A stretch of 63,045 nucleotides of DNA, filler included, from Octopus bimaculoides (taxonomy: Eukaryota): the NCBI RefSeq assembly GCF_001194135.2. It is 3 parts of 2 records of this genome, joined end to end, with 100 filler letters (N's around TTAATTAATTAA, not from the genome) between each part and the next. Parts side by side here need not be neighbours in the genome. Positions count along the whole stretch, not along the records: positions 15,436 to 36,172 come from NC_068987.1; 2 more parts are not named here. One strand, 5' to 3'. The position numbers and the translations under genes were made by a program. Shown here in pieces: positions 23,901 to 36,272 of the stretch. A model generated the notes under the pieces. The model ran no database searches. It had not been told where the DNA came from and saw only the letters and a list, made by a program, of their open reading frames with translations. Each line of letters opens with the position of its first letter. Position 1 is the first letter of the stretch.

Positions 23901-24559
23901 GCGAACTTGGAGAAGTTCAAGATCAACTTCATTCTGAAATCACATTCGAGAGAAGAGTTTCCTTGGTGCTTAAGGGTAGATTTGACGGCTATTTAGAGCA
24001 AGACAAAAAGTACGCCTTAGCTAACAGTGTTTTCAACGTCTGCGCATGCGCGCGCGTGTGTGTGCGTGCGCGTGCGCGTAAGTGTGTGTGTGAGTGTGTT
24101 AGGTGGATGAGCAATTGTTTCTATGTGAGTGTAACGGTAGAAATGGGTCGTAATTTGTTTGGTTTTTGTGTTGGGTAGAGTAGAAGGTTGAAATGTCGGT
24201 GTTTATCAGAGTATATATACGTGTTTTAGAGGAAAGCTGGTTCGGTTATGAATTCCAACAAGAGCAGTTGTGTTTAAGCAGAAGATTAATTGTCGTTCAC
24301 AGCGGAGCCTATCTGAAGTTGTTCAACTACTGTTTTTAAGTTTTTCATCGTGAAACTGGAGACAGATGTAAATATATCTTGTTATTCTCTTTGTAAATAG
24401 GAAAATGAAGGAGATTATCTTATCATGTTCTACAGTTCGATGATCTCTTAATCTTCTGCCCACGAGAACTTGTAACAAATAACCTTTTAAATCAAACACA
24501 AACTATGTGTTTATGTATGTAAAAATGTGTGTTTGTGCGTGAATGCATATGTGTGTGAT

Positions 24560-24776
24560 ATATATTGATTTCAAATTTTGGCACAAACCAAATTTCGTGG
24601 GAGGGGTAAATCGATTACATCGATTCCAGTGTTCAACTGGTACTTATTTGATCGACCTTGGAAAGATGAAGGACAAAGGTAACCTCGACGGAATTTGAAC
24701 TCAGAACATGAAGACGGAAGAAATGCCGCTACATGTTTTAACCGGCATGCTAACGATTCAGCCAGCTTGACGCCTT
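24560..24776 (-). mobile_element. SINE (second family), inverted
   Basis: Reverse complement of GGCGTCAAGCTGGCTGAATCGTTAGCATGCCGG...GTTCTGAGTTCAAATTCCG...GTGCCAAAATTTGAAA. Confidence 0.75.
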
Positions 24777-24831
24777 TACACACACCTATATATTAACATA
24801 CATATATACATGCACACACACATATATACAC

Positions 24832-24869
<38 letters not shown>

Positions 24870-25118
24870 GCATGTGTATTCATTCAAGTTTGCGTGGTTT
24901 ATGTGTTATTTGTAACCGAGATTTTGTTCGATCTTGTTTATTTTCGTTCATCGATCAGTTTTTCTTGAACATCTAGCAATAGTTTCTCTGTGTCTATATT
25001 AAAAACATCGATTTCTCATGCCCGTTTCTCTTACTCATTATTCTATAACAGAGATGCTCGTCTACTTTTTAGCAACGTTGCGTTAAACTTCAGCAAAATT
25101 ATATATACGTCACACTCA

Positions 25119-25152
<34 letters not shown>

Positions 25153-26707
25153 CGCGCGTGGGCACGCACGCACACTCGCATCCGGGAGCAGAATAAAACA
25201 GATATAGTTTAACGTGTTTTGTTGTAACATAAATTACATATACTTTACACGTGTTTCTCGCGTAACTAATTGTATGTTGCGCAGTAATCGTTTGGAAGAC
25301 GATTGCAAATCACCCCGAAACGCCAGGTTTTCAGAAGAAAATAGTAATTTAATTTATTCTATTGGTTATCAATGCTAAATGAAAACTATGTGCGCAGGCG
25401 TGGCTGCGTGGTAAGAAGTTTGCTTCTCAACCACATGGTTCCAGGTCCAGTCCCTCTGCGTAGCACCTTGGGAAAGTGTCTTCTTTCGTTTTTTCCTCCT
25501 TTACTGTAGACAGAAACCCTTAAAATGGACTGTGTCACTACATGACTGGCATCCCAGCTTTTTGCTCTCAGTGAACATTTACAGCGGTGAGCTGTGTGGA
25601 AGATTAAGTCAGGGATGGATTCCTTGATTTGACGATCCGTTTGGATTAATAGTTCCGCTCGACCAAATGTTTTTCTGCACTCCCTGGAGTCTCGAAGAGG
25701 ACAGCTACCTCCAACCAGCAAATGTTTACTTCTGGAGATATGCCGACTATAAACACCGTATGAGAAAAAATGCGATTATGATATATTACAAGTTGAATAA
25801 ATAATTTGAAATAACAAAATAGAATCCCACGGTAAATTTGTGACCCTCAAACAACTTGTTATAGAATTTACAAATTAGTAGAGGAGGAGGAGGCGAAGAG
25901 GGAAGGGAGGGAGGGAGGAAGGAAGGAAGGAAGGAAGGAAGGAGAAGAAGAAGAAGAAGAAGAAGGGGATGATGATGATGCCGCCGCAGTCCTTGTCGTC
26001 GTCATCATCGTCGTCGTGAAGATCGCCTTCCACTCAAAGTGAGACTGGAAGACAGCGAAGGCTTTGTTCGAAATGTCTGACTTCTAATCTCGCACACCCT
26101 CACCCACCAACCATACTATTTACTTTGCTATAACTACCAGCCTTTAAAAACACACTGCCGATGAATGAGCCTCTATAAGGTTCCTTGGAATGCTAGAAAT
26201 AGCAATCACGTCGCCCTTGAATAACATCCTAGAGTCATTAAAATAGATATACCTTGCCAGAAAAAAAAAAGACGAGATAATTGCAGTTGAGATGTCTTCG
26301 TTTATAGCTTTACTGGATCGGGCGCGAACTGAGGTTAAACAACTACAACAACAACACCAACATTGTTTAGGGTTGGGTGTGGAACGATCTTTACGATAGA
26401 ATCAATTTACTATTTGCTTTGGGATTCAGCAACTTTTCAACTAAAGTCCCGAGCAAGCACATCAAAAATACTTGACGAGCGCATAAAAAATAGTTTAGTC
26501 TTCATTGCAGAAGCTGTGTTTGTGAACAGAACTGATAATTCTAGCATGTCTAGAACTTGGGGATGTTATCCATAACTGTACAACACGCCAGAACCTCAGA
26601 AACTCATTGCTAATGCTGTGCCTTAACCTCTCTCGAGAATGTGGGAATCATTGTTGCATCAAATGCGTTATCAAACATTTGGATACAATGATCACCAGGT
26701 TGTAATA

Positions 26708-27015
26708 AAGGCGCGTGGCTTAATGGTTAGCATATTCAGCTCACGATTGCAAGGTCGTGTGTTCGATACCCAGCGGCGCGTTGTGCCCTTCAGTAAGACA
26801 CTTTATTTCACGTTACTCCTGTCAATAATGTGTGGTATCTGTATTTTAAAAGGTCGGCCTTGTCACATTCCGTGTGACGCTGAATCGCCTTGAAAACTAC
26901 GTTAAGGGTACGCATGTCTGTGGAGTACTCAGCCACTTGCACGTTAATTTCACGAACAGGCTGTTCGGTTGATCAGATCAACTGGGACCCTCGTCGTCAT
27001 AACCGACGGAATGCC
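26708..27015 (+). mobile_element. tRNA-derived SINE (third family)
   Basis: AGGCGCGTGGCTTAATGGTTAG (A box), GGTCGTGTGTTCGATACC (B box), non-tRNA body ending near CCCTCGTCGTCATAACCGACGG. Confidence 0.7.
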
Positions 27016-28335
27016 AGTAACCACCTGTTTAAAATAGGAGTCGAAGAAAGGAAAACCTTTACCAAAAAATTACCAGGTCAGTTTTTCCTTTGAAGCATCT
27101 TTGCACGTGGTGAATCTTCTGTAAAAAGAGTATAGTAATATCCACACACCCCCTGGTGGGGGTAAACAGCAGATGGAGTTTCTCAACAACGATTCTTGGG
27201 TATTTTAGAAAAGTCAAAAGATCGGTGCTCGAATTTGGTCAAACATTTGTTCTTCGGAACAAGCAACTGCCGTACGGCTGTTGTTCACCCACTCACCCCC
27301 ATGTTATGTACATCTTGACTGCCTTTGTTCAACCTTTCAAGAACAACGTCCTCTGAGCCACATTTTGAGGAAAATTTACCATTCCTTTGGCATGGATTTG
27401 CCTCAATATCTTCTCGTTTATCTTTGATTATATAATCTCGTAGTTGACCAGCTTTGAATGCTCATGTAGATTTAAGAACAAATTTGCGATCGTTATGTTT
27501 ATATAGTCGCGTAGACAGATACCACATTATTGTCCTACAATAGAAGCGAGATGCTCATTGAAATGCACAAATGTCTCAATAGAGGATCTTGGATAAATAT
27601 GTACAACAGCGAGACTAGACATATTTGAGGGAAATTCATCTACTACTCTATGTAAGTCGAGCAACCATATAGAGGCACTCTCCTTTCTTTAAAATAAAAT
27701 ACAGTTATCGTTGTAGCCATTGTTGTTTAGTCCCAAGTTAGCTCTGATTGAGAAAATACATGGTCAAAGATATTTCAGCCATGAACATCTTGACTCTCTT
27801 TGAAACATAGAGTATCAATAAGTATATTATCCAGTGTATCCATTCTTTTTTAAGATGACAGTGTTACTCGAGGGAGATTTGGCTGCTAATTTTAGCAGGT
27901 TAATAAACCGCCTATAAGTTCCCTCATCTTTTCGAACGAGATTCTCTGTATCCGGAAATCAGACGATACGCCCATATCCCGTCAATTCTAGATAAGACTT
28001 CTAAGAGCAACTAAAGGAAGTGATTAATCTTCTGTCAAGAAAGCACCGACAACAGGCTCATACATGACCGGATTTTCTTTTAAGATCTGAAGAACAGAAG
28101 AAGTATTGCGACTATCTTGAAGAAAAGTTCAGATTTTGAGGGAGAAATAGAAAGTCTAAACAATCTCTGGCACAATTTTTGTGTTGTTCCATACATAATA
28201 TATAGCAACACAAGAATTTTTAAACCAGCGAAACTGTGAACTGTAAGCCGTATAGCCAACCTGATGAGTCAGTAGATCATTATCTAAACAATGGTCAAAT
28301 CTGAAAATATTAAGCGACATACGAGATCAGTTTAA

Positions 28336-29285
28336 TATGTAGTCTGATCAATAAGTATCCGGACTATTGCTATAGTAACGAAGCTAAAATACACAGGGTG
28401 AAGCCGCTGGGCAAAGATTGATTTTGAAGACTACTGAACATGCACACTAAGTTTTAACGTTATAGCTTACTTCTCATGTTTACAGCTTTGCTTGGAAGGA
28501 AGGTGTGTAGCGTGTGATCGTCGAATTGACTATCACAGAGAAAGTTGAGCAGAGAATTCAAGGAGATCTTGTGTAATTGAAGCCTGGGTGTCTTTTTGGT
28601 CAACTGAAAGCAGTTTTGGCACAAACTTGGCAGACGCGCGTCTCATACTCAAATCTTCATTGATAATGGGCTGAACTGAACCGTAACTAATCTGCGCATC
28701 CTCCCGCATGGTGGTCCGACGATTTCCCCTCTCAGCTGTACGCGCATCTGCAATGTTTTTCTCAGTTCTGCTAGTTGCAGGTCTCCTACAACGTTCCTCA
28801 CTATCGACANNNNNNNNNNNNNNNNNNNNNNNNNNNNNNNNNNNNNNNNNNNNNNNNNNNNNNNNNNNNNNNNNNNNNNNNNNNNNNNNNNNNNNNNNNN
28901 NNNNNNNNNNNNNNNNNNNNNNNNNNNNNNNNNNNNNNNNNNNNNNNNNNNNNNNNNNNNNNNNNNNNNNNNNNNNNNNNNNNNNNNNNNNNNNNNNNNN
29001 NNNNNNNNNNNNNNNNNNNNNNNNNNNNNNNNNNNNNNNNNNNNNNNNNNNNNNNNNNNNNNNNNNNNNNNNNNNNNNNNNNNNNNNNNNNNNNNNNNNN
29101 NNNNNNNNNNNNNNNNNNNNNNNNNNNNNNNNNNNNNNNNNNNNNNNNNNNNNNNNNNNNNNNNNNNNNNNNNNNNNNNNNNNNNNNNNNNNNNNNNNNN
29201 NNNNNNNNNNNNNNNNNNNNNNNNNNNNNNNNTTTAGTTTCATTACTATGGCGACAGTCCAGATACTTATTGATCTGACCTCGTA
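28336..29285. mobile_element. Fold-back mariner derivative: two 5' arms in inverted orientation
   Basis: Left TA-TGTAGTCTGATCAATAAGTATCCGGAC and right (reverse complement) TA-CGAGGTCAGATCAATAAGTATCTGGAC, 43/53 identical by eye. The + arm reaches TEKVEQRI; the - arm encodes RRPATSRTEKNI...FVPKLLSVDQK...DLLE; junction ~28557. Confidence 0.7.
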
Positions 29286-30149
29286 TTTCCATTGATACAA
29301 TTACATGTCGATAATAAATTATATATACTTGTTCTATATCCAGCGACTATATATATATATATATATATAAACCTGGGACAACTTTGTCGGTTCTGATAGA
29401 AATACCGTCGTTATAAGCCAAGTATTTTTTTTTAAGACTGGACATATAAAACCTGCTGATTAGTAATTGTTATAGCACCTGGCAAGAATCTTGCAAAAAA
29501 AAAAGAAGTAGCTTGTACTGGAGTAAAAATCAAATACATAAGCTTTCAACTAGAAATTTATACTATGATACAGAAAGCTGCTTATTAATTAGTTTGGAGT
29601 ATGAAACTTTTATAAAAAAGAAAACAATTATTAAAGTCTACACTGTCGAGAAAATTCTTAAAATTTTTATTCCAATATAATTTTTAATGAAAATGTCGCT
29701 TCCATGATTTTTTCATAACTGAAGATTTCAACTACAGAAAAATAATTTTAGTTCACTGCAAGCTAGCGTTCCCCCTTCATTTTTTATCTCTATCTCTCTC
29801 TCTCTCTTTCTCTCTCTTTCTTACACTTAGGACTATAGCATGAAATCTGTTACATATTCTCGATAGTTAATTCATTTGCTGAGATTTTTTATTGTTCGTG
29901 TTATTGCAGTTCATATCATAAACGGGAATGAAGTAATATCCTTTTCCATCTCAGTCAATCTGTAATTGTGTGTTTATGTAGGTTGTTAATACTAAAATGT
30001 GATCGGTTTGAAAAATTGTTTAGATACTAAAATACTTTTCTTAGCATGAAACCAATGGTAGCCTTAATACACAAATAAAGAAATTCTATCTACCAATGCC
30101 GTGTTGCGCACTCATTTTCATTGTTCGACATTTACGTATATACATATAT

Positions 30150-30210
<61 letters not shown>

Positions 30211-30221
30211 GGGAGAATTCA

Positions 30222-30340
30222 CCAAAAAAACAACAGACGAAGACAGGTGGTGTTGAAAACAAATAGATGTATTAGTATAACGCTGGGGAATTGAGAAAGT
30301 CTTTAACATTTCAAGCCTACGCTCTTCTACAGAAAGGAAC
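30222..30340 (-). mobile_element. Short repeat with a minimal hammerhead-ribozyme-like motif (Penelope pLTR-like)
   Basis: Minus 30336->30301: CTTT-CTGTAGA-A-GAGC GTAG GCTT-GAAA-T-GTT-AAAG; type I hammerhead topology with non-canonical positions. Confidence 0.45.
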
Positions 30341-32179
30341 ATATATATACTATAATATAATATAATATAATATAATATAATACAATATAAACAATATATA
30401 TGTGCATATATATATACGTATATGAACATACTTACATCTATACATACACACACACACACACACACACATATACATATATATATATATANNNNNNNNNNNN
30501 NNNNNNNNNNNNNNNNNNNNNNNNNNNNNNNNNNNNNNNNNNNNNNNNNNNNNNNNNNNNNNNNNNNNNNNNNNNNNNNNNNNNNNNNNNNNNNNNNNNN
30601 NNNNNNNNNNNNNNNNNNNNNNNNNNNNNNNNNNNNNNNNNNNNNNNNNNNNNNNNNNNNNNNNNNNNNNNNNNNNNNNNNNNNNNNNNNNNNNNNNNNN
30701 NNNNNNNNNNNNNNNNNNNNNNNNNNNNNNNNNNNNNNNNNNNNNNNNNNNNNNNNNNNNNNNNNNNNNNNNNNNNNNNNNNNNNNNNNNNNNNNNNNNN
30801 NNNNNNNNNNNNNNNNNNNNNNNNNNNNNNNNNNNNNNNNNNNNNNNNNNNNNNNNNNNNNNNNNNNNNNNNNNNNNNNNNNNNNNNNNNNNNNNNNNNN
30901 NNNNGCAGAATAAATAAGTTATACAAGCAAATGGGTTCGAACCGACTGGAAGTTTATCAATATGATTTTTTTTAACACATCCTAGGTGTGCAATTTAGTT
31001 GATTGTTATGCAAAGGTAGAAATCTTCTGATATGTATGTATAAGGTAAACTGAGTGAGGACTTTGACGTGAATAAGTTAAGTCAACGTAATACGTGATTT
31101 CTTCCTAAATTCTAATGTTGTCTTTGAGCAGTTGACATTATTCTAGATTTATTTACTGGTTGAGTGAGTGCTATTAGATGAATAATTGAATCAGAGGGAA
31201 ATTAGACTAACATATCAGAAAACTTACACAAATTGGGAATCAAATGAGAAAATATTATTTAGCAACGAACAGCAGAAAACTGCCTGGGGAGCAGTGTTTC
31301 TGCTAGTTGCGAGAATTCTGGGAATGAAAGACCAAAATAACCTCATTGGACACCTTGGTAATTCTGAGCTCTAACTAAAAACACAACTCATGGTTTACAG
31401 AAGATCGTCTTATTAGATATGACAGATATAATAGAGAAAGTGGAAATGTAGCAAATACCAAATGCATAATTCAAATGTAACTTCAGACTGTTGTTCTAAG
31501 AATTCTAACAAACTATGGCATTCAATTCAACATTAAACCCATATTTTGATTCATGCTAACATACAAATCACACATCTTATTCTTCTGGCTTACCTGCATC
31601 TCGAAACCCTTCTCAGCTGTTCGAGTTAAGCTCTATATTCAGCCTCACCACGAAAAGTAGTATGTATACGTACGTAAAATCTACTCTGTTTATTGCTGCT
31701 ACTACTACTACTACTCCCCTAGATGGGAAGTAACAAAGATTTCCAATTGCTTTGGTTCAATGTCTCTTTTCTTGTTTCGTCTTGACTCGTCTGATGTCGC
31801 TATTGGTCTCCAATCTCGCCCAATCAACAATAATTGTTCGTCTGCCTTTTATTCTGAGTATTATTTCACTTCGCTTTCCTCTGAAATCATTATCCCCAGT
31901 GACTCCAAGACTCACAACTGCTCTTAACTTTCACATTCCTTTTGTTTCGAGACTAAACTGTATTTTTACTGTCCCCCTAACTTCTATAATCCAGACGCTC
32001 ACACCAAAACACCAAGTACACTCGATCTTTTTCTCACCTTCAAAGCAAGACTACTTTACCGTCACTTAGACAACATCCATTCAATATTCAGATCTCCACC
32101 TCACCGCCTCAGTGCACCACATATCCTCACATTGTACAATACCCACACTTAAACTTCATTTTAAAAGTCAACTAGCTGA

Positions 32180-32450
32180 TCGGAGCACCACCATTGTTTT
32201 TCTCCCCCAACTCCGCTTTTTTGCATTGATTATCCTGACAGCGAATGCGTCCCCCACTACCGCCTGAACCAAGGAAGACAGGTAATCGGATGATAGATAC
32301 AATTCTCCCAAACGTATCGTCTCATGTCCCTCAAATAAAGACCACAACGTCAAATCTAAATTGTTAATTATTTCATTAATCCCAGAAAACCGAAAGATAA
32401 AGTCCACAACTCCATCGGAATTTAAACTCAAAACGTAGCAGGGTGTGATA
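32180..32450 (-). mobile_element. CR1/L2-like LINE 3' fragment
   Basis: GHETIRL...DAFAVRIINA resembles the CR1-group C-terminal GH..KL....FAVR.IN.WN motif; degenerate. Confidence 0.35.
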
Positions 32451-32675
32451 CCCGAATGACTTTTTTTTTTATCGAACACTTTGCTGTTTTACCAACACGA
32501 ACACCTTAATAAAATCGTAATTTTGTGCAAGGCTAAAAATTAATACAACACATTACAGAACAATACAAATTATCGATCTTTAACATTGGCACAATTTTAA
32601 AGGATACTAAATTTATGGCAAGTGGGTATAAACGATTAAATTTGTCCCAGTACTTGACAGTTACTTTATTATATA

Positions 32676-33103
32676 CCGTAAATCCTCGAGTATAATCCGT
32701 ACTTTTTCCCAAAATTTAAAGGTCAAAATTTCCAGTGCGTACTATATACGAGGTTAAAAATGAAAAATATTTTCTAAGCAAAATTTTCTAAGTGATAAAT
32801 ATGTAAAGACAATTTATTTAATATTCATTTTTCACTGACGTTATTACTGTTATTTCTTTATTTTCTGCAAACAAAATGCACAAAAAAGCTACACGTTTGC
32901 ATTATGTTATATATATATACAATAATAATAAAGGACGTTACCATATATACGTTTACAAACCAAGGACGTTATATAGACCTCCTTGACTCAAGTTAGAGAA
33001 AGGGTGCGTATTATACACAAGGTTTAGGTTTTTCAGAGGTACAGCCCCCTAAAAATCCCTTGCGTATTATACTCAAGGGCGGACTATACTCGAGGATTTA
33101 CAG
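32676..33103. mobile_element. pogo/Tigger-type MITE (428 bp) inserted in a SINE
   Basis: TA-CCGTAAATCCTCGAGTATAATCCG ... CGGACTATACTCGAGGATTTACAG-TA; internal TGCGTA(C/T)TATA repeats; the flanks join into a minus-strand second-family SINE. Confidence 0.8.
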
Positions 33104-33889
33104 TATAACCTGGATGATGAAAAACGAGGTTGACCTAGGCAAGATTCGAACTAAATACAATGCAAAATATTAAAGGTGGTACTTTATTGTTTCTGCCACT
33201 CCTTATACTGACAAAGATTTCTTACATATAGTGTGAGAAGTAAAAGTTATCGAAATATCGAGAAACAACTGGTTTGTTGTTGCATCTACAGGGGAGATGA
33301 AACCAAGCCCTTATAAATGAAAATTAAACTTGAGTGTCTGCTTGTTCTATTTCGTGAGAATTATTTCTTACTCGAAGCCTACTAATGTAGAATTTGATTA
33401 AAATAGCTTTTCACAGATTTTATAGAATTCCACATACATACATGCGTACATACACATACACCCAGGTTCATGCATACGTATACATGCTTGCATACGCACT
33501 TATACAAGTGTATACGAGCATATTTGTGTGCTTTCTAGCAGTAATTAAGATGCAGAATTTCATTTACGTTTCTTTCATTGGACAAAAGACTTGAGAATCT
33601 GTTAACCAGTTTAATATTGAGTCGCTTGTATCCTCTAACAATGTGCGTGATTCGTACAGGAAGTGGGATATAACGTTTTCTTGTATGAATGGAAGAGGAA
33701 AGATTCTGACACGCAAAGAGACATATTCAAATTGGAAGTATTTATTTAAATAAGGCCAATGTTAATGTGTTAGTGAGTGAGTGGGTAAACATAGATTGCC
33801 TCACGGGCAAGTGACTAACAACAGTAATTACATGGATGTGTGTGTGTGTACGCACGCGCGTGCATGCGTGTGTCCCTCTCTCTCTCTCT

Positions 33890-33968
<79 letters not shown>

Positions 33969-33980
33969 AAGATAGATAGA
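33890..33980. repeat. Compound microsatellite (AT)n(AGAT)n
   Basis: Visible directly. Similar tracts at 9407-9444 (TA), 24830-24868 (CA), 30160-30201 (CA), 59628-59678 (TA), 62277-62325 (GT). Confidence 0.95.
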
Positions 33981-34756
33981 TATGCATATGCACACATATG
34001 TATACACATATATGCGTATGTGTGTATACATATATTAATACACACATATATCGATATTTATATTTATATATAGATAAGGAGATACACACACGCATACGTA
34101 CACGCACGTACGCGTGCGCACACGCACACACTCACACATATATAATATATACATGCATATACATATCTCACTTTTTAAAGTTACTTCTACAGATTGTCTA
34201 TAAAAGCTAGGGCCAACATTGAAAGGTACGATGTTTCGTATACGAATACGTTCATGTAAACAATGCAATCGAAGATAGAAAAAAATGGGTGATGGGTGTA
34301 TATACATATTTCAGGAGTTATTGCTCCTTCGTCAGTACTACATCCAATCCATTAAGCATCCACGAACACATTGCTTGAATAGCCACCAAATGTACAGATG
34401 TAACAGAATTGGGTGTACTAATTTTACATAAAATAAACGCATTCGTAACAACTGATGCGGACATGTTAACTGCTGATAGGGACACCGTAGTTTATTGTTT
34501 ATAAATGTAATCTCCTTTCATACCCACAGAAAATGTATCCTACTTGTACACTCACCCGAAGTATATTTGCGTGTATGCATCTGTCTACCATAATATATTA
34601 TAAATACAAATAGCCTCATTGAAAACTGATCAGAAACTACAAAAAGTCTGTAGAGAACTCTAGTAAACTTCTTTCTATTATATATACATACATACGAACG
34701 TAGCCGGTAACAGCTAACCTTTGGGCACTGTTTTGGACCCCGATGTATCAACCACT

Positions 34757-34894
34757 CTGATTGGTTGGTATTGGCGTAATTTGTCTCTTACTCTATCGCG
34801 CACCAATATGCAACCCAACCAATCGCAGCCTCCAAATAAATCACGTGAGACAGTCTGTTCTAAACTACATTTGAGCCGACCGTTAGCTATAAAA
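34757..34894 (+). promoter_or_regulatory. Orphan promoter-like motif cluster (4 CCAAT, TCACGTGA, TATAAAA)
   Basis: ATTGG at 34760 and 34770, CCAAT at 34803 and 34819, TCACGTGA 34841-34848, TATAAAA 34888-34894; no gene seen downstream. Confidence 0.3.
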
Positions 34895-35164
34895 AAACTC
34901 ACCTCCTCCTAGTCTCGGAGTCTCTTGGTTCCAGACCTTCTAAGGTCTAACCACTGACCACATTACGGCGACCTCCATCTTCGTAATGAATTTAATAAAA
35001 GCATCTAAATATGAAACATCATAAAAATTGTTCAAACTGAAGTCCTTGAGTGACATCATTCTTCCATTCGAGTCAATACAGAATTACAGATAGTATTTAT
35101 GGAATTTTGATTTACTGTCGGGTGACTTTTGGCCAACTCTGTGTATTACTATTTCAAGTGATCG

Positions 35165-35420
35165 ACCAGGGTATCAGATGTTATACACCGCTTGTCACAC
35201 TGCGCTTCCTCGCGTCATTGTAGCTTTCGAATGACACCACTCGGCTGGTTTGGCGAACTAGATGGTATTGCCGCTGTTCGTCGCAGAGCTTTCCATTTGT
35301 AGCTGAGTGAACAGGAACTATGTGGAATGAAATGTTTTGTTCAAGAACACAAAGTACTACCCGGTCTGAGAATCGAAACCACGAGATTGCGATTATGAGC
35401 GCAACACCCTCCACACACAC
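35165..35420 (-). mobile_element. tRNA-derived SINE (third-family-like), inverted
   Basis: Reverse complement AGGGTGTTGCGCTCATAATCGCAATCTCGTGGTTTCGATTCTCAGACCG...CACTCAGCTACAAATGG. Confidence 0.6.
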
Positions 35421-36127
35421 ACACCAGAGTACAGAAATTCAAATACAAAGTTTTTAAGGTATACAAATTTACAATTATACACCACTAGAAACATGCAATA
35501 TGTGCATATATAGCGTATTTGGTGGCTTATAAGATGTCCATATTTCATAAATATTGTCTCAAAGAGTCACCCCAGATCCTTTCAGCAAATTTTATCCCTG
35601 GCGCCCAACATACTCCTCAATATGCGCTACTGAAATTGGGGTACATCTAATGCGCTCGTGCATCTTCCATGCCATCAAATACGGTAAATGTACTAATCTA
35701 ATAAATTACAATTTATAAATTGCGAAATTGAAAATGTGAAATCCGAAATCGAAAATCGAAAATATAAAATTGCAAAAGTTACATTATGGAAATGACAATA
35801 TCATAGAATACAAAATGCGAAATGCATAATGCAGTATAGAATACAAATGACAAAGCTGTAACATTCTGATAGTATAAAATAATAGAATTAAAAAAAAAAA
35901 TAATTAAATTATCGAATTATAGAATTACAAGTATGTGGACAATACTTTTCAGGATAATCACAAGATTGTGTTGATACAGAATTGTATCATAACGACGCAG
36001 AGTCTAAATATGGTGAATTTGTGTGCGTGTATACATATATATGTATATTTAAAAGGTGGATGTGTGCATATATCTGCATGTTAGCGCATAGATTTACACA
36101 AATGCACATTTGTGCATTTAAGTACAC

Positions 36128-36170
<43 letters not shown>

Positions 36171-36172
36171 TA

Positions 36173-36272
36173 NNNNNNNNNNNNNNNNNNNNNNNNNNNN
36201 NNNNNNNNNNNNNNNNTTAATTAATTAANNNNNNNNNNNNNNNNNNNNNNNNNNNNNNNNNNNNNNNNNNNN
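36173..36272. other. 100-bp scaffold spacer gap with TTAATTAATTAA
   Basis: 44 N + TTAATTAATTAA + 44 N. Confidence 0.9.

Noticed and set aside
26708-26790. Functional tRNA genes (also 20193, 34905-34975, 58757)
   Set aside because: A/B boxes are present but there is no cloverleaf acceptor stem, and they continue into SINE bodies.
9508-30975. Long ORFs made of X residues (9508, 9515, 16748, 21258, 28533, 30400 and others)
   Set aside because: They only span N gaps.
35598-35608. TGGCGCCCAAC as a tRNA-Lys primer-binding site
   Set aside because: Only 11 nt, with no adjacent LTR end or gag ORF.
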